Shown one piece after another: positions 42,033-51,834 of a stretch of 64,000 nucleotides of DNA. Positions within the stretch are counted from its first letter, which is position 1. Each line of letters starts with the position of its first letter. The stretch spans positions 215,738-279,737 of the forward strand of contig CAVTUQ010000009.1 in assembly GCA_963737905.1 (NCBI GenBank). The letters are read 5' to 3'. This DNA is from an uncultured delta proteobacterium. GTDB lineage: Bacteria; Desulfobacterota; Binatia; UBA9968. The position numbers and the translations under genes were made by a program. Below the pieces are notes generated by a model. It saw only the letters and a program-made list of their open reading frames with translations. It was not told the DNA's origin and ran no database searches.

Positions 42033-43091
42033 ATGTCGGAGCAGGAACTTTTGCAGGCGCTGGAAGATAGACTCAGTCAACTCAGCGTCGAGGGACTCTG
42101 GTCCCAGGCATCCGAAGCGGACATGGCCACTTACAGCAAGGATCCCCACACGACGGTTCTGCCTCATGTGTGGAAATGGCAAGATCTGTACGATGCGATT
42201 CAGGCAGTGGGCAACATGCACGGTCTCGACGGCAAGGCGGAGAGGCGGGTGCTCCGGCTCATCAATCCGGCCTATCAGGGCAACAAAAACAGACGACAGC
42301 GCACCACAACCCACACCATGCTCATGACGATGCAGTTGCTGAAGCCCGGCGAGGTGGCCCAGGATCACCGGCACAACTTCGCGGCGTTTCGTTTCATCCT
42401 CAAGGGGAGCGGAGCCTACACCGTTGTCGAAGGAGAAAAAATTCCCATGGAGGAGGGGGACTTGATTCTTACTCCCTCTATGACGTGGCATGGGCACCGG
42501 AATGGCGGCGAACCGGTTATCTGGCTCGATGGGCTGGACAACCCTTTGCTGTTCTTGCTTCAGGTAATTACATGGGAAGCCTTTCCCGCCGGCCTGCAGC
42601 CGATCAAAAATGGCGCCGATTGTGTGGCGCCAAGAGTTGGGATGGCTCGACCGGTTTGGGACAAATCGTGGGACCGTCCGAGCTATAACTTGCATTACAA
42701 ATGGAAGGATACCTACGACACCCTGAAGCGTCTGAGCGATGGTCCCGGGAGTCCCTTCGATGGCGTAGCGTTGGAATATGTGAATCCGGCGGGCGGGCAT
42801 ACGATGCCCACGCTATCCTGCGGTATTCAAATGCTGAGGCAGGGCGAGACAACCCAAACCCACCGACATAATAGCAGTACCATCTACCATGCATTCAGGG
42901 GCAGCGGGACCACAGTGATCAATGGCGAAAAGTTTGACTGGGGGCAAGGAGATTGCTTTGTGGTGCCATTGTGGAGCTGGCACAGTCACCAAAATCGCTC
43001 GAAAGATGAAGAAGCAATTTTATTTTCCACAAGTGACATGCCCGTGATGGAAGCCTTGAAACTCTATCGTGAGGAACCGTATGGCGTATAG
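42033..43091 (+). CDS. Gentisate 1,2-dioxygenase-like bicupin
   Basis: AERRVLRLINP, HRHNFAAFRF, TWHGH, WLDGLD, YVNPAGG..MPT, HRHNSS. Stop codon lies inside the heptamer array. Confidence 0.88.
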   Translation: MSEQELLQALEDRLSQLSVEGLWSQASEADMATYSKDPHTTVLPHVWKWQDLYDAIQAVGNMHGLDGKAERRVLRLINPAYQGNKNRRQRTTTHTMLMTMQLLKPGEVAQDHRHNFAAFRFILKGSGAYTVVEGEKIPMEEGDLILTPSMTWHGHRNGGEPVIWLDGLDNPLLFLLQVITWEAFPAGLQPIKNGADCVAPRVGMARPVWDKSWDRPSYNLHYKWKDTYDTLKRLSDGPGSPFDGVALEYVNPAGGHTMPTLSCGIQMLRQGETTQTHRHNSSTIYHAFRGSGTTVINGEKFDWGQGDCFVVPLWSWHSHQNRSKDEEAILFSTSDMPVMEALKLYREEPYGV

Positions 43092-43135
43092 CCTATGGCA
43101 TATGGCTTATGGCCTATGGCTTATGGTCATCGGTC
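43080..43135 (+). repeat. TATGGCN heptamer tandem array (8 units)
   Basis: TATGGCG TATAGCC TATGGCA TATGGCT TATGGCC TATGGCT TATGGTC ATCGGTC. Confidence 0.9.
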
Positions 43136-43136
43136 A

Positions 43137-43490
43137 TTATCTCAAGGTCCGCTTGAATGCGTTGATTCTCTTGCTTAACGATTCACCATCTCTTTTCATT
43201 TCTTCCAAGTCGTGCTGAGAAACGTAAGATTGCCTTCGGGCAACAAAGAAACATGCGACAGTTTCACAGGTTGACCCTAGAGCCATATCTAGGAAGTGAC
43301 AAAAATCCTTCTTTGTTCCTCTTCCGGAACCCTCGGCAATATTCAGAACGATCGAGTTAGCAGCACGGCGTGCTTGCGATGTGAGATCGAAGCGTTCTTC
43401 CGACGGAAACTGCTTGACTGTTTCATGCACCCGAGCTGAAAAGTCGATCGCGGCGTGGAAGATTTCCAATCCTTCGAACCGAAAGGCCAT
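43137..43490 (-). CDS. Four helix bundle protein (23S rRNA IVP family)
   Basis: FRFEGLEIF..FPSEERFDLTSQARRAANSIVLNIAEGSGR..DFCHFLDMALGS..E; 117 aa. Confidence 0.92.
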   Translation of the reverse strand: MAFRFEGLEIFHAAIDFSARVHETVKQFPSEERFDLTSQARRAANSIVLNIAEGSGRGTKKDFCHFLDMALGSTCETVACFFVARRQSYVSQHDLEEMKRDGESLSKRINAFKRTLR

Positions 43491-43517
43491 GCTACTCTTT
43501 TTTGTCTGGCATTCCAC

Positions 43518-43548
43518 GCCATTTGCCATAAGCCATCGGCCATACGCC
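43518..43548 (-). repeat. Heptamer array inverted relative to 43080-43135
   Basis: GCCATTT GCCATAA GCCATCG GCCATAC GCC. Confidence 0.85.
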
Positions 43549-44706
43549 CTAGCTGAGTATGCGTGGCCCAAAGAGTTTTACGGCATTATCCCACAATATT
43601 TTACGCCGGGCCTCGTCTCCAATCGGTTGCGCATCGAATTCGGGTAGCGCTTTCGAGGGTTCTATGGCATCCGGATGCGGGTAATCGGTATTCCAGACAA
43701 TGTTCTCGCCTTGCAGGTAGTCGACCACATACTTGAGCGCCCGCTCATCGCTGTCACAGGCGATGATGCATTGACGCATGAAGTACTCGCTCGGGAGCAT
43801 CCGTAGCGCCTCTGATTTTCCCATGACGCTGTTGCGCCCGTGGGTGTGATCATCCATCCTGCCGAGCCAGAAGGGCAGCCAACCGGCATTGGACTCCAGA
43901 ATGCCGAGCCGCAGCTTCGGGAAGCGCTCCAGTATGCCGGTAAAGATGTAGTGGCCGAGAGTGGTCATGTTGTCGCAAGGGAAACCCAGGGCGTGGTCCA
44001 GCCCGCGCAACGCCAGCTGCATGTCTTCGCGCCTTTCGCCTTCGAGTTGCCTGAAGGGATGAAACCGGCGTTGACGATACTCTCCATGAGCGGAGATGGG
44101 AAAGTCCAGTTCGCAAGCCAAATTCCATAGCGCATCGTATTCCGGCTCGTGGAGCCACTTGCCCACCGGAAGAAAAGGGTTTCTGACCGACACGGCTCCC
44201 AGTTCCACCACGGCACGGCGAGCTTCCTTTACCATTTCCCCGACGTCCGACCCTGGTAAAACCGCGACAAACTTGAGACGCTTGGGGTCAAGGCTGCAAT
44301 AGTCATGGGCCCAGTTGTTATAGGCTCGGCACATCGCCGCCCCGAGACTAATGTCTTTGAGCGCGACGCGATAGGCGAAGTTGCCGTTGTTGCCGGTGGG
44401 CAACAACACCTGAATGTCCCAGCCGTAGCGATCCATATCTTTCAGGCGAATTTCCGACGACCACCATTGCCGATAGGCCTCGCCATATTTGCCTTCCATC
44501 ACCTTCCACGCGCTCTGTGGCGGGCGCGACTGGATTTCGCCCTTGGGAATAAACTTTCCGTCGGGCTCGTAGATCATAAAGACGCCATCCATGAAAGCGA
44601 CTTTCGGCACCTGATCCCTGTACTTCGGCTCCACGTATCTCTCCCAGAGATATTGGGGTTCATGCATATGGGCATCGGCGTCAATGACTTTGAATTGTTT
44701 CCACAT
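43549..44706 (-). CDS. Amidohydrolase_2 family protein
   Basis: IDADAHMHEP, CRAYNNW, NTDYPHPD, ILWDNAVKLF. Confidence 0.9.
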   Translation of the reverse strand: MWKQFKVIDADAHMHEPQYLWERYVEPKYRDQVPKVAFMDGVFMIYEPDGKFIPKGEIQSRPPQSAWKVMEGKYGEAYRQWWSSEIRLKDMDRYGWDIQVLLPTGNNGNFAYRVALKDISLGAAMCRAYNNWAHDYCSLDPKRLKFVAVLPGSDVGEMVKEARRAVVELGAVSVRNPFLPVGKWLHEPEYDALWNLACELDFPISAHGEYRQRRFHPFRQLEGERREDMQLALRGLDHALGFPCDNMTTLGHYIFTGILERFPKLRLGILESNAGWLPFWLGRMDDHTHGRNSVMGKSEALRMLPSEYFMRQCIIACDSDERALKYVVDYLQGENIVWNTDYPHPDAIEPSKALPEFDAQPIGDEARRKILWDNAVKLFGPRILS

Positions 44707-44773
44707 AGGTTGGGCTCCCTCGCGGCCAAGTATGAATCGACGCTATTCGATCTAAGCCGATAGTCCTCGCAGT

Positions 44774-44906
44774 TGGCTTATGGCATATGGCTTATAGCGT
44801 ATGGTTCGTATGTTCCAACTATATGCCATAAGCTATCAGCCATATCTACTTCTATTTATCCGGCATCCCACGCCATAGGCCATTTGCTATATGCTATAAG
44901 CCATAG
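44774..44906. repeat. Gene-less heptamer inverted-array element
   Basis: (TATGGCN)n, spacer, (GCCATAN)n, leader-like segment, then five more GCYATNN units; 66/71 identical to 61025-61095. Confidence 0.88.
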
Positions 44907-44910
44907 GTTG

Positions 44911-45642
44911 TTAGTCGACTGCCACCAGGTTGCCATCTCGATGCTCCACCGTCTTGCCGGTGAGCTCCATACCGGCTTGCGCCGCCAGCACAAAACCATT
45001 GCCCAAGCACTCGGGGCCGGGTAGCCGCTTTCGCGCTTCTTCCGGTGCATCCTCCGTGGCAATGGCCTGCTGCGGGCTAAAGGCGACGACGCAGATGTTC
45101 CACTCGCGTTCCTCTTCGGCAACGAAGCGGGTGAAAGTTCGGATCGCGTCTTTACTGACGACGTAGGCGGCAGCGCCGTGGTTCTCGGCCCGGCCGCCGC
45201 CCCAGAGGTTTACAATGTTACCGGCGCGACGCGTCTCCATGAACGGAACGACATATTTCGTGCATAGGAAAGTTCCGCCGAGATTGGTTTGAATGACGCT
45301 GTCCCAGAAATCTTTGCTCATGAAGCGGACGCGCGGCCAACGGGGGATACCCCAGTTGAAGTGGGGCACGATACCAGCGTCGTTGACCAGCACGTCGATT
45401 TGACCGAAGCGATCGACGACCTGGTGAACCATGCGGCGGACCTCGTCCTCGTGGCGTACGTCCGCGGGCAGAGCCAACGCCTCGAATTTGAGATCCCGCA
45501 GTTCGCCTAGAGTCTTGTGCAATCTTTCGACGTCTACGTCGACGATGATGACGGTGCCGCCGGCTTGAGCGATAGTGTGTGCAGCGTAACGACCAATTCC
45601 CTTCGCTCCGCCCGTGACGATAACGATTTTTTCCTGTAACAT
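44911..45642 (-). CDS. Short-chain dehydrogenase/reductase
   Basis: VTGGAKGIG, DVLVNDAG, YVVSK. Confidence 0.9.
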   Translation of the reverse strand: MLQEKIVIVTGGAKGIGRYAAHTIAQAGGTVIIVDVDVERLHKTLGELRDLKFEALALPADVRHEDEVRRMVHQVVDRFGQIDVLVNDAGIVPHFNWGIPRWPRVRFMSKDFWDSVIQTNLGGTFLCTKYVVPFMETRRAGNIVNLWGGGRAENHGAAAYVVSKDAIRTFTRFVAEEEREWNICVVAFSPQQAIATEDAPEEARKRLPGPECLGNGFVLAAQAGMELTGKTVEHRDGNLVAVD

Positions 45643-45699
45643 GGCTTGGCCTCCCCGTCAGACTAAATTGTGTGCGGTGAAGTTTCTGAGTTCTGCCGG

Positions 45700-45767
45700 T
45701 ACTCCGATACTCCATCACTCCATTGGAATGAGGATGAAACCGGAGTGCTGGAGTTTTGGAATAATGG
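45700..45767. repeat. Inverted 8-nt-period repeat hairpin
   Basis: TACTCCGA TACTCCAT CACTCCAT ... CGGAGTGC TGGAGTTT TGGAATAA TGG. Confidence 0.7.
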
Positions 45768-45800
45768 GCCCTCCGGGCCCCATTCCTGCTGATGTAGCTT

Positions 45801-46007
45801 TTACCCTGCCGTCTCCTCGGCTTTGAAGCCCACGGTGTCATGGCTGCCGTCGCAGAAAGGTTTGTTCTTAGACTGGCCGCAGCGACAGAGATAGAGGGGA
45901 GGGAATTGGTCCTCTTGATATTCTTTACCCTGGTGGTCGAACAGTTTGGCTCCTCCTTCCACCTCATAGGGACCGTTCTTCGACACACGAATAATTACAT
46001 CCGCCAT
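45801..46007 (-). CDS. CDGSH iron-sulfur domain protein
   Basis: NGPY..LCRCGQSKNKPFCDGSH; AAGGAG RBS. Confidence 0.93.
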   Translation of the reverse strand: MADVIIRVSKNGPYEVEGGAKLFDHQGKEYQEDQFPPLYLCRCGQSKNKPFCDGSHDTVGFKAEETAG

Positions 46008-46128
46008 AACTTTCTCCTTTGTGATGGGGCACTCCGCCCGTCCATTCCGCTGCCGAGCATGACACAGCAGAGTGTAGGCTTCAACTACAGATTGCCCTGT
46101 GACTTCAGGTTATGATAGGAGAGGCGTC

Positions 46129-47113
46129 ATGAAAAAAATGATTTATTTGATAGCTGTGTTGTTTGTCGTCGCGTCCGCGCGTGCGGCCCGCTGCCAGGAC
46201 AAAATTCGTGTTGGCCAAGGCTCCGTCAGTCTACAATCCGGCCTCATGTATATCGGCAAAGACCGCGGGCTATTCGCGAAGTACGGCCTCACTACCGAGG
46301 TCATTTACATTCCAGGCGGCTCGACCAACGTACAGGTTCTCGTTTCGGGAAATCTCGATCTGTCGCAGCTAAGTGGGGCGCCCGGCGTCGCTGCCAATCT
46401 TGAGGGGGCGGATCTGATCTACTTCGTCGGCCTGCTCGACAAATTGAACTATCAACTCATAACGCGGCCTGAGATCAAAGGCATTGAACAACTCAAGGGC
46501 AAAAAATTTGGCGTCAGCCGGTTCGGTTCTTCTGCGGACTTTGGCATGCGCGCCATGCTCAAGCGGGCCGGTGTCGATCCGGTGAAGGAGGCGACGATAT
46601 TGCAAATCGGCGACGAGCCGGCGCGCATCGCGGCGATCAAGTCCGGCAATATCGACGGCACAGTCGCCAATGCTCCCTTCGGCACCGAGGCGGAAAGGCT
46701 GAAGCTCAATGTCATTGCCGACTCTGTGAAAATGGATATTCCATTTTTCAATACCGGATTACTCGGCAGCAAAAAATATTTGGAGAAACAGGACGTCAAA
46801 GTCATGAATTTTCTTGCGCGCCTATCTTGAAGCGATCAAGGTGCTCAAGACCGAACGCGAATATTCGATTAAAACCCTTGCGCAGTTCACACGCGTGCAG
46901 AATCTAAAAGCGGTCCAAGAGGGCTACGATTACTTCGTCAACCAACTCCCGTCGGTTCCCTATCCTTCCGTAGAAGCGATGCAGGCGGTGGTCGCGCAGA
47001 TCGCCGAAACGAATCCCAAAGCTAGGAACGTCGATGCCAAGAATTATGTGAGCGACCGTTATCTCAAACGGCTGGAAGAGGAAGGATTCGTCAGAAAGAT
47101 TTGGGGAAAGTGA
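46129..47113 (+). CDS. ABC substrate-binding protein, NMT1-like (one apparent extra base near 46813)
   Basis: GLFAKYGL, LKGKKFGVSRFGS; second frame ends YLKRLEEEGFVRKIW. Confidence 0.85.
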
Positions 47114-47188
47114 CGCAGACAAGGAGAGGGAGCCCATGCGGAGACGAATGACAACCCTATGCGCGGATTTGAATAGATCCGTAAAAGG

Positions 47189-48005
47189 CTATTTTGCAAG
47201 AAAATCTAAAACCAGTTTCGCGATCTCGTCGGGCTTCTCGACGTAAACGCTGTGACCTGCGCCGGAAATAACTTTCAATTCTCCCGCGCCGGGAATTAGT
47301 TTCGCATAAGTCTCGCCATGGGAAAGCGGTACAAATCCGTCCTTCGCGCCCCAGATGACCAACGTAGGCGACGAGATTCGATGCAGTCGATTGCTTAGTG
47401 GGCGGTTGTAAAAGTACGGTGGTTTGAAGCCAATGCGCGAACCGAACCGTAACATCTGATACCGGCGCACCTCATCCTCCAGCTCACCCTTACCGTCGGG
47501 AAACATTTCCAGAGCGCTCGGGTTGATCCGCGCTGGAAAACAGCATCTCCCTCAACGAAGCGTAGCTCGAGCCGTATTCGGGCTGCGCCATCATGAAGAC
47601 ATCGCCGATGAGCGCGCCTTCGACGAACAGGCCCGTGGCGCCGATGAGCACCAGCTTGCGAATCTTCTCAGGGTGGCGCGCGGCGATCTCGGCGGCGATC
47701 CAGCCGCCCACGCAGCATCCCACAAGATCCAACTTCGTCAACTGCAAGGCGTCGAGAACTTCAAGGTAGTGAAAAACCACGTCCTCGATGATGTCGATGT
47801 CCTTATTCTCGTCGGTCTGCGCGCAGCCGGGATGCGCCGGCGCAATCACGGTTGCGCGTTGGGCGAGCCGTTCCTGAAACGGCATCCAGCTCTCTTTAAC
47901 GCTGTGCACGTCGGCGAAGCCATGAAGATAAAGCAGCGGCGCGCCTTTGCCGCTTTCCAAAATCCAAACCTTGCGTCCGTTGATTTCGAGAGTGCGACCG
48001 TTCAA
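47189..48005 (-). CDS. Alpha/beta hydrolase (one apparent extra base near 47516)
   Basis: PLLYLHG, VGCCVGGWIA, PTLVIWGAKD, AGHSV; overlaps the LLM gene stop. Confidence 0.85.
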
Positions 48006-49246
48006 TGAAGTGCCTCCGCCGTTTGTTCGACATTGGCGCCTGGAAATTCGTTCGTGAACTGTTTCAAAGAGTCATGGCGGAGCGCCGGTGCGACTTTTTC
48101 CGCGAACAACCTCATATTCTTGCGCGCGAGGTGGTCCGGCATATTGCCGAGCTGGAATTGAATCAGGAGATTGCCGACTTTGGCTTTCTCAATAAGCATG
48201 CCGATGCGGCGGGTCACCGTTTCCGGGCTGCCGACGATGATCGACTGCGATGCATCGAGCTCTTCCCAGTTCTCGACGTCGCCTAGAAGCTTGCGTCCTG
48301 GCGTGTAGCCTTTCAGGTATTCTCTCCATGCCGCCGTGGGTATGTACGGCACGCCGGGGCCGTAAGTGAGCTGGCGTCCTTCGCGGCGCAGGTGACCTTT
48401 CAGACAATTTTTTAAGAAGTACCAGACCCCTTCTTCGCACTCTTCCCGCGCCTGCTGATCCGTCTCGGCAACGTAAGTAGACATCAAAATGCCGAAGCGG
48501 AACGGATGATACGTGTCGCCATGTTTCTCCAGAACCGCGGCGAATTCCCGCTGGGCTCGGTGCGTTTCGCCGCCATGGCTCCGCGAGGAGAGGAAATAGC
48601 AGTAGCCGCGCTTCGCCACCTCTGTCATTGTCGATGTGCTACGCGAGCCGGGAATCCATATAGGTGGAAACGGCCTTTGCAAAGGTTTCGGCCAGAGATT
48701 GACGTAACGCAACGGAAAATAGCGGCCTTCGTGGGCGAAGGGACCGTCTTCGGTCCACGAGCGCACGATAAGGTCGGCGGCCTCCCAGAATTTCTCCCGT
48801 GTGTTTGCGGAGGGTACGTCGTAATTAAAAGTCTCCGGGCCGCCGCCGGGCGCGAAGCCGGCGATCAAACGCCCATTGCTCATCTGATCGAGCATGGCGT
48901 ACTCCTCGGCCACGCGCATAGGATTCATGTGTAAAGGAAGGAGATTGCCGAGGATGATGATTTTCCCTCGCGTTGTTCTTTGGGTCAGTGCTGATGCGAT
49001 GAGGTTCGGCGAAGGCATCAAGCCGTAAATATTTTGATGGTGCTCGTTGAGCACCATGCCGTCGAAACCCAACTCATCGGCATAGGCGAGCTGATCGATG
49101 TATTCCTGGTAAAGACCGCGCGCTTTGTGGTTGTCCCACAAACTATTGGGGACCGTAACCCAGCCCGAATACTGTTTCTCGTCGAAATCCTTGTCGAGGT
49201 AGGGATAGGCCATGAAATGCCAGCAGAAGAGTTGTACGGGTTTCAT
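48002..49246 (-). CDS. LLM-class flavin-dependent oxidoreductase
   Basis: ADELGFD..NEHH, MPSPNL, RVAEEYAMLDQMSNGRL, VGSPETV, LFAEKVAP. Confidence 0.92.
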   Translation of the reverse strand: MKPVQLFCWHFMAYPYLDKDFDEKQYSGWVTVPNSLWDNHKARGLYQEYIDQLAYADELGFDGMVLNEHHQNIYGLMPSPNLIASALTQRTTRGKIIILGNLLPLHMNPMRVAEEYAMLDQMSNGRLIAGFAPGGGPETFNYDVPSANTREKFWEAADLIVRSWTEDGPFAHEGRYFPLRYVNLWPKPLQRPFPPIWIPGSRSTSTMTEVAKRGYCYFLSSRSHGGETHRAQREFAAVLEKHGDTYHPFRFGILMSTYVAETDQQAREECEEGVWYFLKNCLKGHLRREGRQLTYGPGVPYIPTAAWREYLKGYTPGRKLLGDVENWEELDASQSIIVGSPETVTRRIGMLIEKAKVGNLLIQFQLGNMPDHLARKNMRLFAEKVAPALRHDSLKQFTNEFPGANVEQTAEALH

Positions 49247-49286
49247 CGTTGACCTCTCATGTTTGAGTCTTCAGGTTTCTGTATAC

Positions 49287-49375
49287 TTCACCGCCGAGGC
49301 GCTGAGGGCGCAGAGTAAAGAGTTCTTGTTTGAGAAATACTCCGAACTCAGTGAACTCTGCGTCTCTGTGGTGAA
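49287..49375. repeat. Inverted CRCAGAG-type repeat hairpin
   Basis: TTCACCGCCGAGGCGCTGAGGGCGCAGAG against right-arm reverse complement TTCACCACAGAGACGCAGAGTTCACTGAG. Confidence 0.7.
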
Positions 49376-49562
49376 TAATCTTGAAAATAAACCCAGACGC
49401 TCCATTTGTTTTAATTCGCTCCGATCAAACCGCCGTTCCGAAATGGGCAAAATGATTTTCCGGGAATATAGCTTCAACCGTTCAGCTAACGCAATAGGTG
49501 TGCGCTCAAAATTCTTGCCATTCTATTTCTGTCCATTGTATGGGCGGGCGATTCGCGTAAAT

Positions 49563-50108
49563 ATGATGAAGATGAAATTACAATCCTCCAACGAGTATCG
49601 CGGTGAGCGGTTGCAGGCTCTCACCGTGCGCCAGGCGCGGTTTGTTGATGCAATCGCCGCGCGAATTCTGCCCACCACCGACACGCCAGGCGCCGTCGAA
49701 GCGGGGGCGGTCTTTTACATCGACCGCGCGCTCGCGGGTCCCTATTCCCATTTGCGGTCTCGGTATGCGCGCGGATTGCGGGCTTTGGATAAATACGCCA
49801 GAACGCAATTCGGCGCACGCTTCGAAAGACTTAACGGTGAGCAGCAGGACTTGGCACTAGGCGATCTTGAATCAGGGAAAATAGCCGAGTTACGTAATGG
49901 CGAGCTGTTCTTTGAGCTGCTGCGCACCCATGTGCTGGAAGGTGTTTTCGGTGAACCGAGCTACGGAGGCAACAAAGATATGATCGGCTGGAAATTGGTC
50001 GGCTTTCCGGGACAGCAGTGGGGTTATCCCGACACTTACATCAATAAAGTGGTCGATCTTCCTCCCGTCACCTGGGAAGGATTGCCGAAGAAGCCGGGAC
50101 AATCATGA
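49563..50108 (+). CDS. Gluconate 2-dehydrogenase subunit 3 family protein
   Basis: RILPTTDTPGAVEAGAVFYID, EGVFGEPSYGGNKDMIGWKLVGFPG. Confidence 0.87.
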   Translation: MMKMKLQSSNEYRGERLQALTVRQARFVDAIAARILPTTDTPGAVEAGAVFYIDRALAGPYSHLRSRYARGLRALDKYARTQFGARFERLNGEQQDLALGDLESGKIAELRNGELFFELLRTHVLEGVFGEPSYGGNKDMIGWKLVGFPGQQWGYPDTYINKVVDLPPVTWEGLPKKPGQS

Positions 50109-51808
50109 CCGGGACGATCGCTGATGTTTGCATCGTTGGGGTCGGCGCCGTCGGCGGGATTTTGGCCAAGCAACTCACGTCGGCGGGTCTCAAGGTCGTA
50201 GCCTTCGAGCGCGGGCCCGCCTTGAAGACGGCGGAGTACGCGCAGCGCGATTCCATCAGCTATATCGCGCGGCCGGATCGGCTCGAAGGAGTGCGCCACG
50301 AGCCGAGGATTTTCCGCACCATTGCGACGGAACCTGGTAACCTCCGTTACGGCACGAGCCCGTTCAATGTCCTCGGCGGCTCTATGCTGCTTTGGACCGG
50401 CCAGGCGTCGCGTTTCATGCCTGGGGATTTTAAAGTTTACAGCAACGAAGTTGCCGGCGGTGTCGCCGATCGCGCCGGAGTCGACCTTAGCAGCTATGAT
50501 GTCGTCGATTGGCCCATCGGCTACGATGATCTGGAGCCCTATTACGAACGCTTCGAGTGGGAGTTCGGGGTTGCGGGAGTAGCGGGGATGAATCCCTTCG
50601 CCGGCGCGCGGCGCAAGCCCTATCCGCTACCGCCGCTGAAGACGACCGCGCGCATGCAGTTGTTCGGGGAAGCCGCCAAGCGGCTCGGCTATCATCCATT
50701 CATTGGTCCCGCCGCCGTTACCTCCGAGCCTTATCGTCCTCCGGCGCCCTACGACACCCGCATTCCCGAACGCCCCGCCTGTGTTTATTGTGGCCATTGC
50801 AATCACTACGGCTGTCACGTCAATGCGAAGGCTTCCACCCTCCACACGGCGATTCCGGTCGCGTTGCAAACGGGCAACTTGGATCTGCGGACAAACTGCA
50901 AGGTGGGTGCTATAGCCACGGACGATAGAGGCCGGGCCACGGGAGTCCAATACTTCGACGCGAAAGATGTCCTCCAGGAGCAGCGCGCCCGGGTTGTGAT
51001 CTTGTCGGCTTTCGTTTTTGAGCATGTGCGGTTGCTGCTGTTGTCCAAGAGCAAAGGCAAGCGTTTCAAGAACGGTCTCGCCAATTCCAGCGGGCTAGTC
51101 GGCAAATGCTTTTTTGGCCACGGTGACATGCGTGTCTACGGGCTGTTCGATGACTTTATCATTAATGGTTTCATCGGTTCCGGCGCGGCGGCCATGCGAC
51201 TCGATGACTTCAACGGTAATAATTTCGATCACAGCGGTCTGGGTTTTATCCGTGGCGGCACCGTGGGGTGCAGCGGCGACGGGGCGCCGGTCTCGCGCAT
51301 GGATATCGTGCCGCCGGATGTGCGGAGTTGGGGGAAAGAATACAAAGAATATTTCATGCGCTACTACACGCGCACCTTCGACATTCACATGGCTCCGGAG
51401 ACCTTGCCGCGACGCGACAATTGCATCGATCTCGATCCGCGCCGGCGCGATCGGTGGGGCTTGCCGCTGCCGCGCGCGACTTTTGCCTTTCACGAAAATG
51501 AAAAGCGCATGCATCTTTTCTTGGCCGGCATCGGCGAACGCATCTTGCGTGAAGCCGGCGCCAGCAAGGTCTGGACGGAGCTTCCAAGGCCGGCGCCGAC
51601 TCGGCAATGCGGCGGGACCCGGATGGGAGCCGATCCAAAAAAATCCGTAGTCAACGGTTACTGCCAGACCCACGACGTGCCGAATCTTTTCATCGTCGGT
51701 TCTTCCGTGTTCCCGACCATGTCCGGCTATCCCGCCACGGCGACGATTTCGGCGCTCGCTTACCGCACGGCGGATTACGTTCAACAACAACGGGATTGGT
51801 TTCGTTGA
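50105..51808 (+). CDS. GMC family oxidoreductase (gluconate-dehydrogenase-like flavoprotein)
   Basis: VGVGAVG, DWPIGYDDLEPYY, CVYCGHC..GC, GGTRMG.DP..SVVN, HDVPNLF. Confidence 0.9.
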   Translation: MTGTIADVCIVGVGAVGGILAKQLTSAGLKVVAFERGPALKTAEYAQRDSISYIARPDRLEGVRHEPRIFRTIATEPGNLRYGTSPFNVLGGSMLLWTGQASRFMPGDFKVYSNEVAGGVADRAGVDLSSYDVVDWPIGYDDLEPYYERFEWEFGVAGVAGMNPFAGARRKPYPLPPLKTTARMQLFGEAAKRLGYHPFIGPAAVTSEPYRPPAPYDTRIPERPACVYCGHCNHYGCHVNAKASTLHTAIPVALQTGNLDLRTNCKVGAIATDDRGRATGVQYFDAKDVLQEQRARVVILSAFVFEHVRLLLLSKSKGKRFKNGLANSSGLVGKCFFGHGDMRVYGLFDDFIINGFIGSGAAAMRLDDFNGNNFDHSGLGFIRGGTVGCSGDGAPVSRMDIVPPDVRSWGKEYKEYFMRYYTRTFDIHMAPETLPRRDNCIDLDPRRRDRWGLPLPRATFAFHENEKRMHLFLAGIGERILREAGASKVWTELPRPAPTRQCGGTRMGADPKKSVVNGYCQTHDVPNLFIVGSSVFPTMSGYPATATISALAYRTADYVQQQRDWFR

Positions 51809-51834
51809 GAGAGTTGCTATGATTTCTTTTAACT

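Noticed and set aside
43137-43490. Four-helix-bundle gene as DGR Avd or as a 23S rRNA intervening sequence
   Set aside because: No reverse transcriptase, no template/variable repeat pair and no rRNA gene in the window.
43080-44906. Heptamer arrays as a CRISPR array
   Set aside because: Units are 7 nt, contiguous, with no spacers; no cas genes.
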